From a virus (taxonomy: Duplodnaviria; Heunggongvirae; Uroviricota; Caudoviricetes), in the IMG/VR virus record IMGVR_UViG_3300048599_000194, positions 239,177 to 303,176 of that record: a stretch of 64,000 bases of DNA; one strand, 5' to 3'. A program made the translations under genes and the position numbers. Below are positions 56,111-64,000 of this stretch, piece after piece. Position 1 is the first letter of the stretch; each line of letters starts with the position of its first letter. Under the pieces are notes generated by a model. That model searched no databases, had not been told where the DNA came from, and saw only the letters and a list, made by a program, of their open reading frames with translations.

Positions 56111-56214
56111 TGGGGGAGGCCGGATTCGAACCAACGATCAAGAAGTCGGACCATTGTCTGCTGACGCATTGACTGGCACTGCCTCTTAGCTTTAAGCCTC
56201 TAAGCTACTCCCCC
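56111..56214 (-). ncRNA. oversized tRNA-like RNA (104 nt)
   Basis: Perfect acceptor GGGGGAG/CTCCCCC, canonical D-arm GCTT-AGAGGCTTA-AAGC, T-arm with two G-U pairs; ~48-nt multi-hairpin insert replaces anticodon arm. Confidence 0.35.
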
Positions 56215-56402
56215 ATTTTCCTGAAATCCTACCAGAAAGTGCCGTTTCTAGATAACGACTAAAGATTAAAACACCTTTCTAGCATTTCTCATTCTGACAA
56301 TCTTTCTTGTTGCAAAATGAGTTTTTCGACTTTCCTATTATTCAAATAAGAGGATTGAAAAACAAAGACTGAAAACAACCACTAGTCTAGGATTTCAGGA
56401 AG

Positions 56403-56475
56403 CTGGGGATGCAGGGATCGAACCTGCGACGGGTTGGTTAACAGCCAACTGCTCTACCTACTGAGCTAATCCCCA
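56403..56475 (-). tRNA. tRNA-Asn(GUU)
   Basis: Cloverleaf; anticodon loop CUGUUAA; U1-A72. Confidence 0.8.
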
Positions 56476-56704
56476 ATTTAGTCACAACCCCTGTTTCCAG
56501 AGGCCAAATTAATGTACTTCCTAAATGAAGTTAGAGGGTTCGATGCCTTTATTCATTTAGTTTTCGAAAGTCGTTTTCGTTCGATTTGATGAGGTATTTG
56601 CAGATCGTAAACCGACTGCCAGAGCCTACCCGACTTACTTTTTCGAATGTGGATCCATATCCGTGCCTAAAATCGACAAAGCACTACATTCTAGAAGTAC
56701 AAGT

Positions 56705-56777
56705 GGACACATGTGGGATTCGAACCCACGACATCCTGCGTGCAAGGCAAGCGTTCTACCAACTGAACTAATGGCCC
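56705..56777 (-). tRNA. tRNA-Ala(UGC)-like with mispaired acceptor stem (possible pseudogene)
   Basis: D, anticodon (CUUGCAC) and T arms fold; acceptor has 2 mismatches. Confidence 0.4.
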
Positions 56778-56963
56778 ATTTCAAATGTTCGGAGTTTCCT
56801 GCAATCTTTTTAGAATCTAGACATTGCAATATCGTTGATTCCTGTTAGTGCAGTTTTCGTCTAATAGTCCGAGGGATTAGTGGACTTCAAAGACTTTTTC
56901 GAGTTTCTATACAAAGATGCCGGAAATTTCCCCCGAACGACCTTAACTCTAGAAACTCCGAAG

Positions 56964-57035
56964 TGGAGAAGATGGGACTTGAACCCACAACAATCTGCTT
57001 GCAAAGCAGGCGCTCTACCATTGAGCTACGACCCC
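56964..57035 (-). tRNA. tRNA-Ala(UGC)
   Basis: Anticodon arm CCTGC-UUUGCAA-GCAGA like E. coli alaT; G3-U70 present; two acceptor mismatches. Confidence 0.6.
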
Positions 57036-57198
57036 AGCAACTAATTGTCGATGACCACTACACCAAAATACCTTTCGAGGGGCTATGAGTAGTGTCTTTC
57101 GCTGTTTTGTTTGGTTCCTAACAGTACCTCATGTTTTTCGGATTGCATTTCTGCTAGATTCTATAGCCAAAAAAAGAATCTTCCTAGTCATCGACAAA

Positions 57199-57272
57199 GT
57201 GTGCAAGGGTGGACTCGAACCACCGACCTTCTCCGTATCAGAGAGACGTTCTAACCAACTGAACTACTCGCA
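57199..57272 (-). tRNA. tRNA-Ile(GAU)
   Basis: Cloverleaf; anticodon loop CUGAUAC. Confidence 0.8.
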
Positions 57273-57356
57273 CATTAACGGTTCCAGAGGGAGGACTACC
57301 TCCTATCCAACTAGCTATCTTGGAATTATTCACGAACATTGAATTCGTCTCTGAAG

Positions 57357-57432
57357 TGCCCCAGGTCGGACTCGAACCGACCACCTTTGGATTTTCAGTC
57401 CAACGCTCTGACCTCGTATGAGCTACCGGGGC
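57357..57432 (-). tRNA. tRNA-Phe(GAA)
   Basis: Cloverleaf; anticodon loop CUGAAAA. Confidence 0.8.
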
Positions 57433-57560
57433 ATTGAGTCTTGATGTGTATTTGGCTGACTCTTCGCCATATGTGATGCACATCTCACCTTGCAACATCT
57501 ACCGATTATCTATTGCACGTTCTTTATCAGATTCTTTCGAATCATCCTCGGAAGAAGCAG

Positions 57561-57632
57561 AGCACTGAGTGGGAGTCGAACCCACGTCTTCAGATTGGAA
57601 ATCTGAGATAATAGCCGTTATATGACCAGTGC
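57561..57632 (-). tRNA. tRNA-Gly(UCC)
   Basis: Cloverleaf; anticodon loop UUUCCAA; U73. Confidence 0.8.
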
Positions 57633-57646
57633 ATTGACTATCACAG

Positions 57647-57720
57647 TGCGTTAGGAGGGAATTGAACCCCCGACCTAGAGCTTAGAAGGCTCCCGCTCTA
57701 TCCAACTGAGCTACTAACGC
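57647..57720 (-). tRNA. tRNA-Arg(UCU)
   Basis: Cloverleaf; anticodon loop CUUCUAA. Confidence 0.8.
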
Positions 57721-58007
57721 ATTAATTGCTATATGACGGAATCGAACCGTCCGGATAAACTCAAGTGATTTCGTTCGCCACTACTTTCGTCCTTGAAACC
57801 AACAGCTTACCCTCATTCTTTCGAACTCAGGATTGCGTTGTCCCTACCCAATACAGCGTATGTCTCGATTTCCTTTTCAGGGGTTTCGAGACGATTTTTT
57901 GCTGTATGCATCTCCGAACCATTCGGAAGGAGAATGCGACCAAAGATGTCAAAGATTTCGTCCCCTTTTTGAGGCGAACCCCGGAGCGATTAGCTTGCCG
58001 AGGATTT

Positions 58008-58038
58008 TAAGATACTAGAGCTTTTCTTTCGAGTCAAC
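58008..58038 (-). promoter_or_regulatory. promoter-like motif upstream of tRNA array (distal of a tandem pair)
   Basis: AAGATACTAG-N15-GTCAAC. Confidence 0.55.
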
Positions 58039-58110
58039 TTTTTTCTTCGTTGATTTTGGAGAGAAGCTCGGATTACCAAGTTTTTGATTTCTCATTACCC
58101 TGGTAATCCT

Positions 58111-58141
58111 AAGATACTATGTCCCACCGGGGCAGTCAACC
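58111..58141 (-). promoter_or_regulatory. promoter-like motif upstream of tRNA array (proximal of a tandem pair)
   Basis: AAGATACTAT-N14-GTCAACC. Confidence 0.55.
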
Positions 58142-58283
58142 ATTTTTTGGCTGAGGAAGTTGGATGTCCCTTCCTAGTATCTCTTCTAATTTTTATTATA
58201 TCATCAAAAATCAAAAAGGTACAGGAATATTAACATCACGTCTGCGATAGAAGTATTTAGAAGAAAATTTTCAAAAATAAAAA

Positions 58284-58721
58284 TTATTCATCGTCTTCCC
58301 CGTCCTGATCACAGTTGTATATCCACGGAAATACAAAAGCGCATGCTATTGGAGTTGCAAATGAATTCAATAACTCACTTAGTTCGTCATTAGGTTTATC
58401 TAAACAAGTTAAATCGTCGGCATCTAATACTATATAACCACTATCAATACTCAAATAAATTGTAGTTCCTGTATTATAGAAACAATTTTCATCAAATACA
58501 ATCCACCATTCGAAATCATCAATTATTTTCTTACTAGTATTAGTTTTTAGTTCACTTCCGCATATTTTACAAAATTTCCCATCTTCTTGAATATGTCCAT
58601 TAATACACGTTTTTGTTTTAATGTCTTCATATCCATGTAATTCTATTACTCTTCGCTCAAGTTCACTGAGATTGTCTTTAGTTAGTTCCCATCGAAACCC
58701 AATGTGCAGTTCAGTTTGCAT
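58284..58721 (-). CDS. hypothetical protein with zinc-ribbon and acidic tail
   Basis: 145-aa ORF. Confidence 0.45.
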   Translation of the reverse strand: MQTELHIGFRWELTKDNLSELERRVIELHGYEDIKTKTCINGHIQEDGKFCKICGSELKTNTSKKIIDDFEWWIVFDENCFYNTGTTIYLSIDSGYIVLDADDLTCLDKPNDELSELLNSFATPIACAFVFPWIYNCDQDGEDDE

Positions 58722-58740
58722 TGATTAATCCCCCAAATGT

Positions 58741-58775
58741 AAAAAAGGAAGAGGCAATTGTAGCCCCTTCCTTCT
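58741..58775 (-). terminator. rho-independent-type terminator
   Basis: GGAAGGGG/CCTCTTCC imperfect hairpin followed by T7 on minus strand. Confidence 0.5.
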
Positions 58776-58800
58776 TAGTGAAGAAAATCTCTTTCGAGAA

Positions 58801-59211
58801 TTACTCCTCGTCCTCTCCCTGCAAGGAGGCAAACTGAGCGCGAAGCTCTTCGAGCGACTTGCCCTTGAGTGCGTCTCCTTCCTTCTCGGAGATAAGAGCC
58901 AGAAGCTCCTGTGCCTTCTGCTTACGCTCAGCGGCCTTTGCCTTCTTGTCCTTCTCAGCGGCAAGAGTCTCAAAGACATACTTGACAATGTCCAGCTTTA
59001 GCTTGACGATTGCAGAAGCCTTTGTTGCCCTGGAAGCAATCAAGCCCTCTCCCTCAGAATCAGAAGTCTTAGCTTCCTTGCTCAGAGCGCGGTAGATTTC
59101 GTCCAACTGCTCCAGCTTCAACTCCCACAGATCATAGAGGGAGATTGTTCCCTTGTAGGTGAAGGTGATCTTGGAACGGAGAGCCTTTTCAAAAAGATTG
59201 TCAATTGACAT
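58801..59211 (-). CDS. hypothetical protein (GC-rich 3' end)
   Basis: 136-aa ORF; RS-rich ORF in the alternative frame judged spurious. Confidence 0.45.
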   Translation of the reverse strand: MSIDNLFEKALRSKITFTYKGTISLYDLWELKLEQLDEIYRALSKEAKTSDSEGEGLIASRATKASAIVKLKLDIVKYVFETLAAEKDKKAKAAERKQKAQELLALISEKEGDALKGKSLEELRAQFASLQGEDEE

Positions 59212-59237
59212 TTCTATTGTCCTTTGTTTATGTGTGA

Positions 59238-61271
59238 TTAGAACTTGATCTTAAGAGTGCGATTCACTCGACCGCCAACTCGCACGGTGAGTTCGTCTCG
59301 CTTGGTTGCCGAGAAACCAACTCCAGACAACTGAGAATCAGTGGGTTCCACCTTCATCTTGCCGCCAAGAGCCGAGAATACTCGCTTGTGCTTCATGAAT
59401 TCATCTCGAAGGTATTCATTGAAGAATCCATTTGGGCTTTCCTCGTTGACAGCGCCCTTCAACATGAAGAAGTAGTGGCGATGTCCAATTCCGTCCTGTT
59501 CGTCCCAGTAATTGGGCGAGTACATGCAGACATGCACTGGATGGAACTGCTGAGTCATGAGATTCCAGGTCTTTCGAGGGGTCATTGTCGAATTAATGAC
59601 CGGGATGAGCTTGAATCCGTTTGCACGAGAATACTCAACCTTAGCCACATCGACGTATTCGTTACCCCTTAGATTCCTAGCACATTCGAACTGATGAATT
59701 TCTCCATCAAATTCGATCTCTGCAGTGAATCCACCCTGACTAGTGCGACCAGCGAAATTATGAACCTTGAATTCATATACACCTTCCTGCAATCGATTAC
59801 GATCAGGCCAAGTGATATTCTCTACTGCAATTGCCTTACCAGGGACTCGAATGTCTACATCCAGATTACCTCCAGATCGATGACCATTGCGCTGTCCAAA
59901 GTAAATGTGATTGTGATTAGGCTCGTGAGCATGTGCATCGAAATCGATGTTATTGTCGCCCTTATCGTTCCACTGAATAGAGAACCTCAAAACTCCATCC
60001 ACCTTACCACCAGCGGACTTGACCCGCTCCTTCATGGAATCCGTCATGTTTCCATTGTAAGCCCAGGAGAATCCATTGTTCCACTTGAATAGGGTCTGAC
60101 TCTCCTTATTCTCAGGTGCAATCAGAGAAACCATATTCTGAGAATGACGATTCTCCAAATACACTTCTAGCGAAGTTGCAGTGGGTAGAACGCCCTTCAA
60201 GAAATCATCAATTGAGATTTCCTCAACTCGACCAAGCGACTTCTGACTAACTCCCTGGTCTTCCTTCATTTCATCGAAAATCGAACCCTTGGTGAGCTTA
60301 CGACTAACCTTTCGATCTGCGAATAGAATGTTCTGGATGGTAATGTCGTCCAGCGTTGCGTGACGACGACCCAGAGAATCAATTAGACCCTCTTCAGTCA
60401 ACATCTTTTCCGCATCTTCGATCATCTTCTTGGTAAATACTTCCTTAGGTCGCATGTAATTGCTAGGAGCAACAACCTTCTCATAGCGAGTAAGAGCCTT
60501 GTCAAGATCCATTCCCTCGGAAAGATCAATCAAAAGGGTTCCAATCGAATGATTGCGAATCTTACCAATTACAGGTCCAACTGCAACGGACTCAACCCAG
60601 CAGAACAAATCCTTATGCTTAGAAGAATTATACTTCTTCTGAAGCATCAAGAACTTCTCAAGATTAGCCTTCCACTCCTCTCCCTTGTAAAGGGACTTCT
60701 GGCGAATGAGATCCAATACAGTCTCAACTGAATCGATGCTGAGTTCCTTAAGAGAACGCTCGAAAACCTGACGAGTTGAATTGTATTCACTCATTGCACT
60801 TCCGATAGTCTCGCGTCCAGTGTACTTGAACTTGCCATCAATGGTGCAATGGAAGTGATTCCATTCCTTGGTCTTTCCATCTTCGCCCATTTCATAGGAC
60901 TTGTCGGTGCCAAAGCTCAAATCACGAGTGACGAATACATTCTCAATTCGCTTGACCTTAACGAACTTTGCGAGTGCATCCACGACGGCCTGCATATCAG
61001 AATCGCCAGCATCAAAATCCCAAATGGTAGTAACGACGCCACCATCGAGGGAAACCACATTTCCGAATGCCTTGACGAAATGCCTGCAACAAGAACAATC
61101 GAACTCCCTACGCTTGCGATACATCGGATTCGTACCCTCAGGGAACGAATCAAGATAAACATTCCAAAGCTCATCCTTATCGAGAGCAATGGTAAAAAGA
61201 GTATTGATGTTCTTGGTCAACTGCTTGACATGCGCCTGCAACCGAGCATTAAACTGCTTAAACGGGATCAT
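59238..61271 (-). CDS. large hypothetical protein (677 aa)
   Basis: Long ORF, GC above local average; family not recognised by eye. Confidence 0.55.
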   Translation of the reverse strand: MIPFKQFNARLQAHVKQLTKNINTLFTIALDKDELWNVYLDSFPEGTNPMYRKRREFDCSCCRHFVKAFGNVVSLDGGVVTTIWDFDAGDSDMQAVVDALAKFVKVKRIENVFVTRDLSFGTDKSYEMGEDGKTKEWNHFHCTIDGKFKYTGRETIGSAMSEYNSTRQVFERSLKELSIDSVETVLDLIRQKSLYKGEEWKANLEKFLMLQKKYNSSKHKDLFCWVESVAVGPVIGKIRNHSIGTLLIDLSEGMDLDKALTRYEKVVAPSNYMRPKEVFTKKMIEDAEKMLTEEGLIDSLGRRHATLDDITIQNILFADRKVSRKLTKGSIFDEMKEDQGVSQKSLGRVEEISIDDFLKGVLPTATSLEVYLENRHSQNMVSLIAPENKESQTLFKWNNGFSWAYNGNMTDSMKERVKSAGGKVDGVLRFSIQWNDKGDNNIDFDAHAHEPNHNHIYFGQRNGHRSGGNLDVDIRVPGKAIAVENITWPDRNRLQEGVYEFKVHNFAGRTSQGGFTAEIEFDGEIHQFECARNLRGNEYVDVAKVEYSRANGFKLIPVINSTMTPRKTWNLMTQQFHPVHVCMYSPNYWDEQDGIGHRHYFFMLKGAVNEESPNGFFNEYLRDEFMKHKRVFSALGGKMKVEPTDSQLSGVGFSATKRDELTVRVGGRVNRTLKIKF

Positions 61272-61329
61272 TATTTCACCTCACAAAAAGTGACTTGATA
61301 TAGGGTACCTTACCCATCATCGCACGGAC

Positions 61330-61359
61330 AAGATACTACAATAACAGTGCAAGGTCAAC
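61330..61359 (-). promoter_or_regulatory. promoter-like motif
   Basis: AAGATACTAC-N14-GTCAAC upstream of 61271 start. Confidence 0.55.
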
Positions 61360-61822
61360 TATTTTTTGGAAAGAACGGGAAGTGCTCAATTGGTCTAGCG
61401 AGTCGATTATGAGGCAACATGCTATCCGTCTCGCCAACAGTTCCAGCCGCTTTTATCATCTTATACAAGATCTCATGATCTAGTGGATTATCACTTGCGT
61501 AAAATACATAGTATACCGTTGGTCTAGCACCGTCAAAGGTTAATTGCTTCCACAAGAGATCCCAGTCCTGATCATAATTAGTGATTATGTAATCAGACTG
61601 CAATGACCCTCTCCATGAATGTTCATATTCTATTGCAATTACAATGTCTTTTGATTCATCTATTAATTGTTTAACGTCTTCGGCAAACTCAAAAGTAAAT
61701 CTAGATTCATAACATCGTTCAGGAGTTTCTCTAAACTCAATACATACTTCAGAGTTCTTTTCCAGTAAAGACTTATTCAGTGCATGTAATTTCTGTTCTA
61801 ATTCAAAAGTATTCATTTTCAT
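61355..61822 (-). CDS. hypothetical protein
   Basis: 155-aa ORF. Confidence 0.45.
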   Translation of the reverse strand: MKMNTFELEQKLHALNKSLLEKNSEVCIEFRETPERCYESRFTFEFAEDVKQLIDESKDIVIAIEYEHSWRGSLQSDYIITNYDQDWDLLWKQLTFDGARPTVYYVFYASDNPLDHEILYKMIKAAGTVGETDSMLPHNRLARPIEHFPFFPKNS

Positions 61823-62112
61823 TGTTTATTGGCTTTCTTAGAAAACGTATTCATTACTTGTCTAACTATCTCAGCTAGTTCAATTTCTTCAGACTCAGCA
61901 GTGTTTATCTGCTTACGTGCAGAATAGTTAATAATCAATTCAAATGCATGGAGAGACGCATCAATAATTTCAATTGTTCTATCTCCGTTCATATCAAAAT
62001 CATTGACGTTACATAATCTATATCCATGATGCGAAATATCACGGCCAGAATAAATGGCGAAATTCTTATCTCCATGAGCTTCTATCGAAAAAGTTCTATT
62101 TTCTAGCATCAC
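61819..62112 (-). CDS. hypothetical protein
   Basis: 97-aa ORF. Confidence 0.45.
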   Translation of the reverse strand: MMLENRTFSIEAHGDKNFAIYSGRDISHHGYRLCNVNDFDMNGDRTIEIIDASLHAFELIINYSARKQINTAESEEIELAEIVRQVMNTFSKKANKQ

Positions 62113-62870
62113 AAGCTCCCACTTATATATTCTTGCGCAGTCATCGCTTTACATTCAGGTGCTGATTGTACTGTAATATTCCTTAAAAAATCCGTAATTT
62201 CAGTAACTTCGGGTTCAGGAATTGAACTCCAACATCCACGATTATCTAGGTCTTTAATCTTATCCCAAATTGGATTTTGCGTGAACTGAATTTTAGAATA
62301 GTTTGGAATATATCCTTCATCCATTAAATCTCTAATAATAGTTAGCCACTTAAATACAGTGTGTTCTTCACCATACTGAATAACTTCAGGCTCGTCTTCG
62401 CGGTCAGGCATCATCCCAACAGTAACTGCATATCCATTGAAATATTCAGCTTGCATTCGCTCGTATATAACAAAACTAGGAAATACCGAAGTGTCAAAGG
62501 TCTTAGAAACTGCAATATTCGCAGATTTGAGTGATTCAAATTTACAGTCGCCGTTTAATAGACTAATAGGATACATTAATCCGTCTTTTCCGAGAAAAGC
62601 CTTCAATGCCTTATTGTATACATAAAATTCTTGCTTTGTTTTGCTTTCTTTTAACATTAAATTAGTATGAGGAAGCCCATTCATTAACTTGTAATGTAAT
62701 TCATCAGATCTAATTTTATACGGAGCTTCGTCTGACTTATGCTTTTTCTTAGTAAATGAAAAAGGGATAGTCTCCCATCCAAATTCAAGTCCAGATAAAA
62801 CTCGAATTGTATTAGGAACCATCCCCATCATACATTGTAGATTGTGAATTAACTTACCTGCGTTCATCAT
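62109..62870 (-). CDS. hypothetical protein
   Basis: 253-aa ORF. Confidence 0.5.
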   Translation of the reverse strand: MMNAGKLIHNLQCMMGMVPNTIRVLSGLEFGWETIPFSFTKKKHKSDEAPYKIRSDELHYKLMNGLPHTNLMLKESKTKQEFYVYNKALKAFLGKDGLMYPISLLNGDCKFESLKSANIAVSKTFDTSVFPSFVIYERMQAEYFNGYAVTVGMMPDREDEPEVIQYGEEHTVFKWLTIIRDLMDEGYIPNYSKIQFTQNPIWDKIKDLDNRGCWSSIPEPEVTEITDFLRNITVQSAPECKAMTAQEYISGSL

Positions 62871-62888
62871 GACCTCCTATGTAGGTCA

Positions 62889-64000
62889 TTATAGCGCCTT
62901 AGTACGCTTCTCCACCTCTTCCATATATTTTTCCAGAGCGAGCTTCTCGTTTACTACCTTCTTAGTGTAAATTGCCACAATTAGCATTCTCTGAGCATCT
63001 CCAAGTGCCTTACCCATGTAGCCTTTATCCATCAGCCACTGAGAATCAATGGCCAATTCTTTATTGCTCAATGGAACTCCATTCAGAGATTTCAATTTAT
63101 TAAGCAGTTCAGAATCATTCATCGAATCAGCCGCATCTTGCATATATTGGAGATAATGTCTATTTTTGAACATTACATTCAAAGCATCCATTGTCTTCAA
63201 CATGCGAGCCAAAGTAATTGCATGAGATACTTCAGTTGGTAATTTCAGCTTGGTATAATCTCCACCGTTCAGAAACAACAATATCAGATTAACTACGAAC
63301 TTATCTCCCTTCACTAGCGAAACTTTCACTGGAATGAAATTTTGACCGAAAATATGCTTTCCAAGACCAGTTTCATTGAGTAAATCAATGATTTTTTCAT
63401 TAGAATGAAATTTTCCCTTAGTGAAAGCCTTCTTGAATTCCTCAAGAATTCTCTCGCCCGTGATATTATCGATTAGTCCAACATTTTCCTTGATAGCTTT
63501 CAAGGTTTCAGGTTCAATTTCAAATCCAAATCGATTTGCGAACTGAATTGCTCTAAGCATTCTCAAAGGATCTTCAGAGAAACGCTCCTTTGCATCTCTA
63601 ACTGCCTTAATTCTGCCCTTTTTGATGTCTTCAATACCGCCAAACGGATCTATGTATTCACCGGTTTCAACATCCTTCGCAATTGCATTGAAGGAAAGAT
63701 CACGACGGCTCAAATCAGCTTCGACTGATAGCGAAGGATCTCCAAAAGTCTGAACATCATCGTGTTTCCCAGATCCGCCGTATACTTCGGTACGAGGAAT
63801 CGCAAAATCATAGGGTTCTTCAGAACCATCAATGATGGCCTTAATGACCTGCATCGATTCTCCAACTCCAGTAGATACGATCTTATCTGAAATTGTAGAT
63901 AATGCCTTCTTAAGATCATCAAATGCAACATTTGTAACCAAATAATCAATATCCTTGGACTTTGCTCCGAAAATTTCATCTCGAACAACTCCACCAACTC
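62889..64000 (-). CDS. cca: tRNA nucleotidyltransferase (CCA-adding enzyme, class II head domain), 5'-partial at window edge
   Basis: Same frame continues to window end and encodes VGGVVRDEIFGAKSKDIDY (GGxVRD...DxD); downstream RRDLSFNAIA and DPLRMLRAIQFANRFGF motifs. Confidence 0.7.
   Translation of the reverse strand, partial: VGGVVRDEIFGAKSKDIDYLVTNVAFDDLKKALSTISDKIVSTGVGESMQVIKAIIDGSEEPYDFAIPRTEVYGGSGKHDDVQTFGDPSLSVEADLSRRDLSFNAIAKDVETGEYIDPFGGIEDIKKGRIKAVRDAKERFSEDPLRMLRAIQFANRFGFEIEPETLKAIKENVGLIDNITGERILEEFKKAFTKGKFHSNEKIIDLLNETGLGKHIFGQNFIPVKVSLVKGDKFVVNLILLFLNGGDYTKLKLPTEVSHAITLARMLKTMDALNVMFKNRHYLQYMQDAADSMNDSELLNKLKSLNGVPLSNKELAIDSQWLMDKGYMGKALGDAQRMLIVAIYTKKVVNEKLALEKYMEEVEKRTKAL

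Noticed and set aside
57730-57800. tRNA at GACGG-TTCGATT-CCGTC
   Set aside because: Perfect T-arm but no 5' acceptor or D-arm partners; treated as a T-arm remnant. Same for the T-arm-only fragment at 46655-46690.
58725-58988. RS-rich 87-aa ORF
   Set aside because: Alternative frame of 58801-59211 in a GC-rich stretch; low-complexity translation, overlaps terminator.
1-64000. CRISPR arrays, rRNA, integrase/transposase or attachment sites
   Set aside because: No regularly spaced direct repeats, no rRNA-like segments, and no recombinase-like ORFs were seen.

Overview
AT-rich (~35-38% GC) window with the architecture of a large virulent phage genome. About 100 tightly packed, often start/stop-overlapping genes sit almost entirely on the minus strand; only three short plus-strand genes interrupt them (9527-9913, an HNH endonuclease at 12783-13214, a CorA-like gene at 35691-36398). 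A conserved bipartite promoter-like motif occurs at least 22 times in intergenic gaps, always oriented to drive minus-strand transcription; its minus-sense form is GGTTGAC-N14-GTAGTATCTT, written on the plus strand as AAGATACTAC-N14-GTCAACC. Five rho-independent-type hairpin terminators are visible. The central feature is a ~16 kb tRNA super-array (42.2-57.8 kb) with about 40 canonical minus-strand tRNAs covering all 20 amino acids, including initiator tRNA-fMet, a tRNA-Ile2(CAU) that closely resembles E. coli ileX, and a tRNA-His with an encoded G-1. The array also holds several non-canonical oversized or split tRNA-like elements, ~340-bp repeat units and unexplained structured non-coding spacers. 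tRNA-maturation enzymes are encoded in and around the array: TilS-like lysidine synthetase immediately next to tRNA-Ile2, a Thg1-like tRNA-His guanylyltransferase, and a class II CCA-adding enzyme that runs off the window end. Host-takeover and nucleotide-signalling genes recognised from motifs include a PARP-like ADP-ribosyltransferase (WGR domain plus H-Y-E catalytic domain) and a NADAR/YbiA-like ADP-ribose-processing protein. Others are MazG-like, SpoT-like HD, DHH/DHHA1 (NrnA-like), two calcineurin-like phosphoesterases, a CX5R phosphatase, a DEDDh exonuclease, an ATP-grasp enzyme, an MBL-fold hydrolase, an HSP90-like GHKL ATPase (710 aa) and a flotillin/SPFH protein whose 3' half is GC-rich. 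Most other ORFs are hypothetical. Product calls rest on motif recognition by eye, not on searches.
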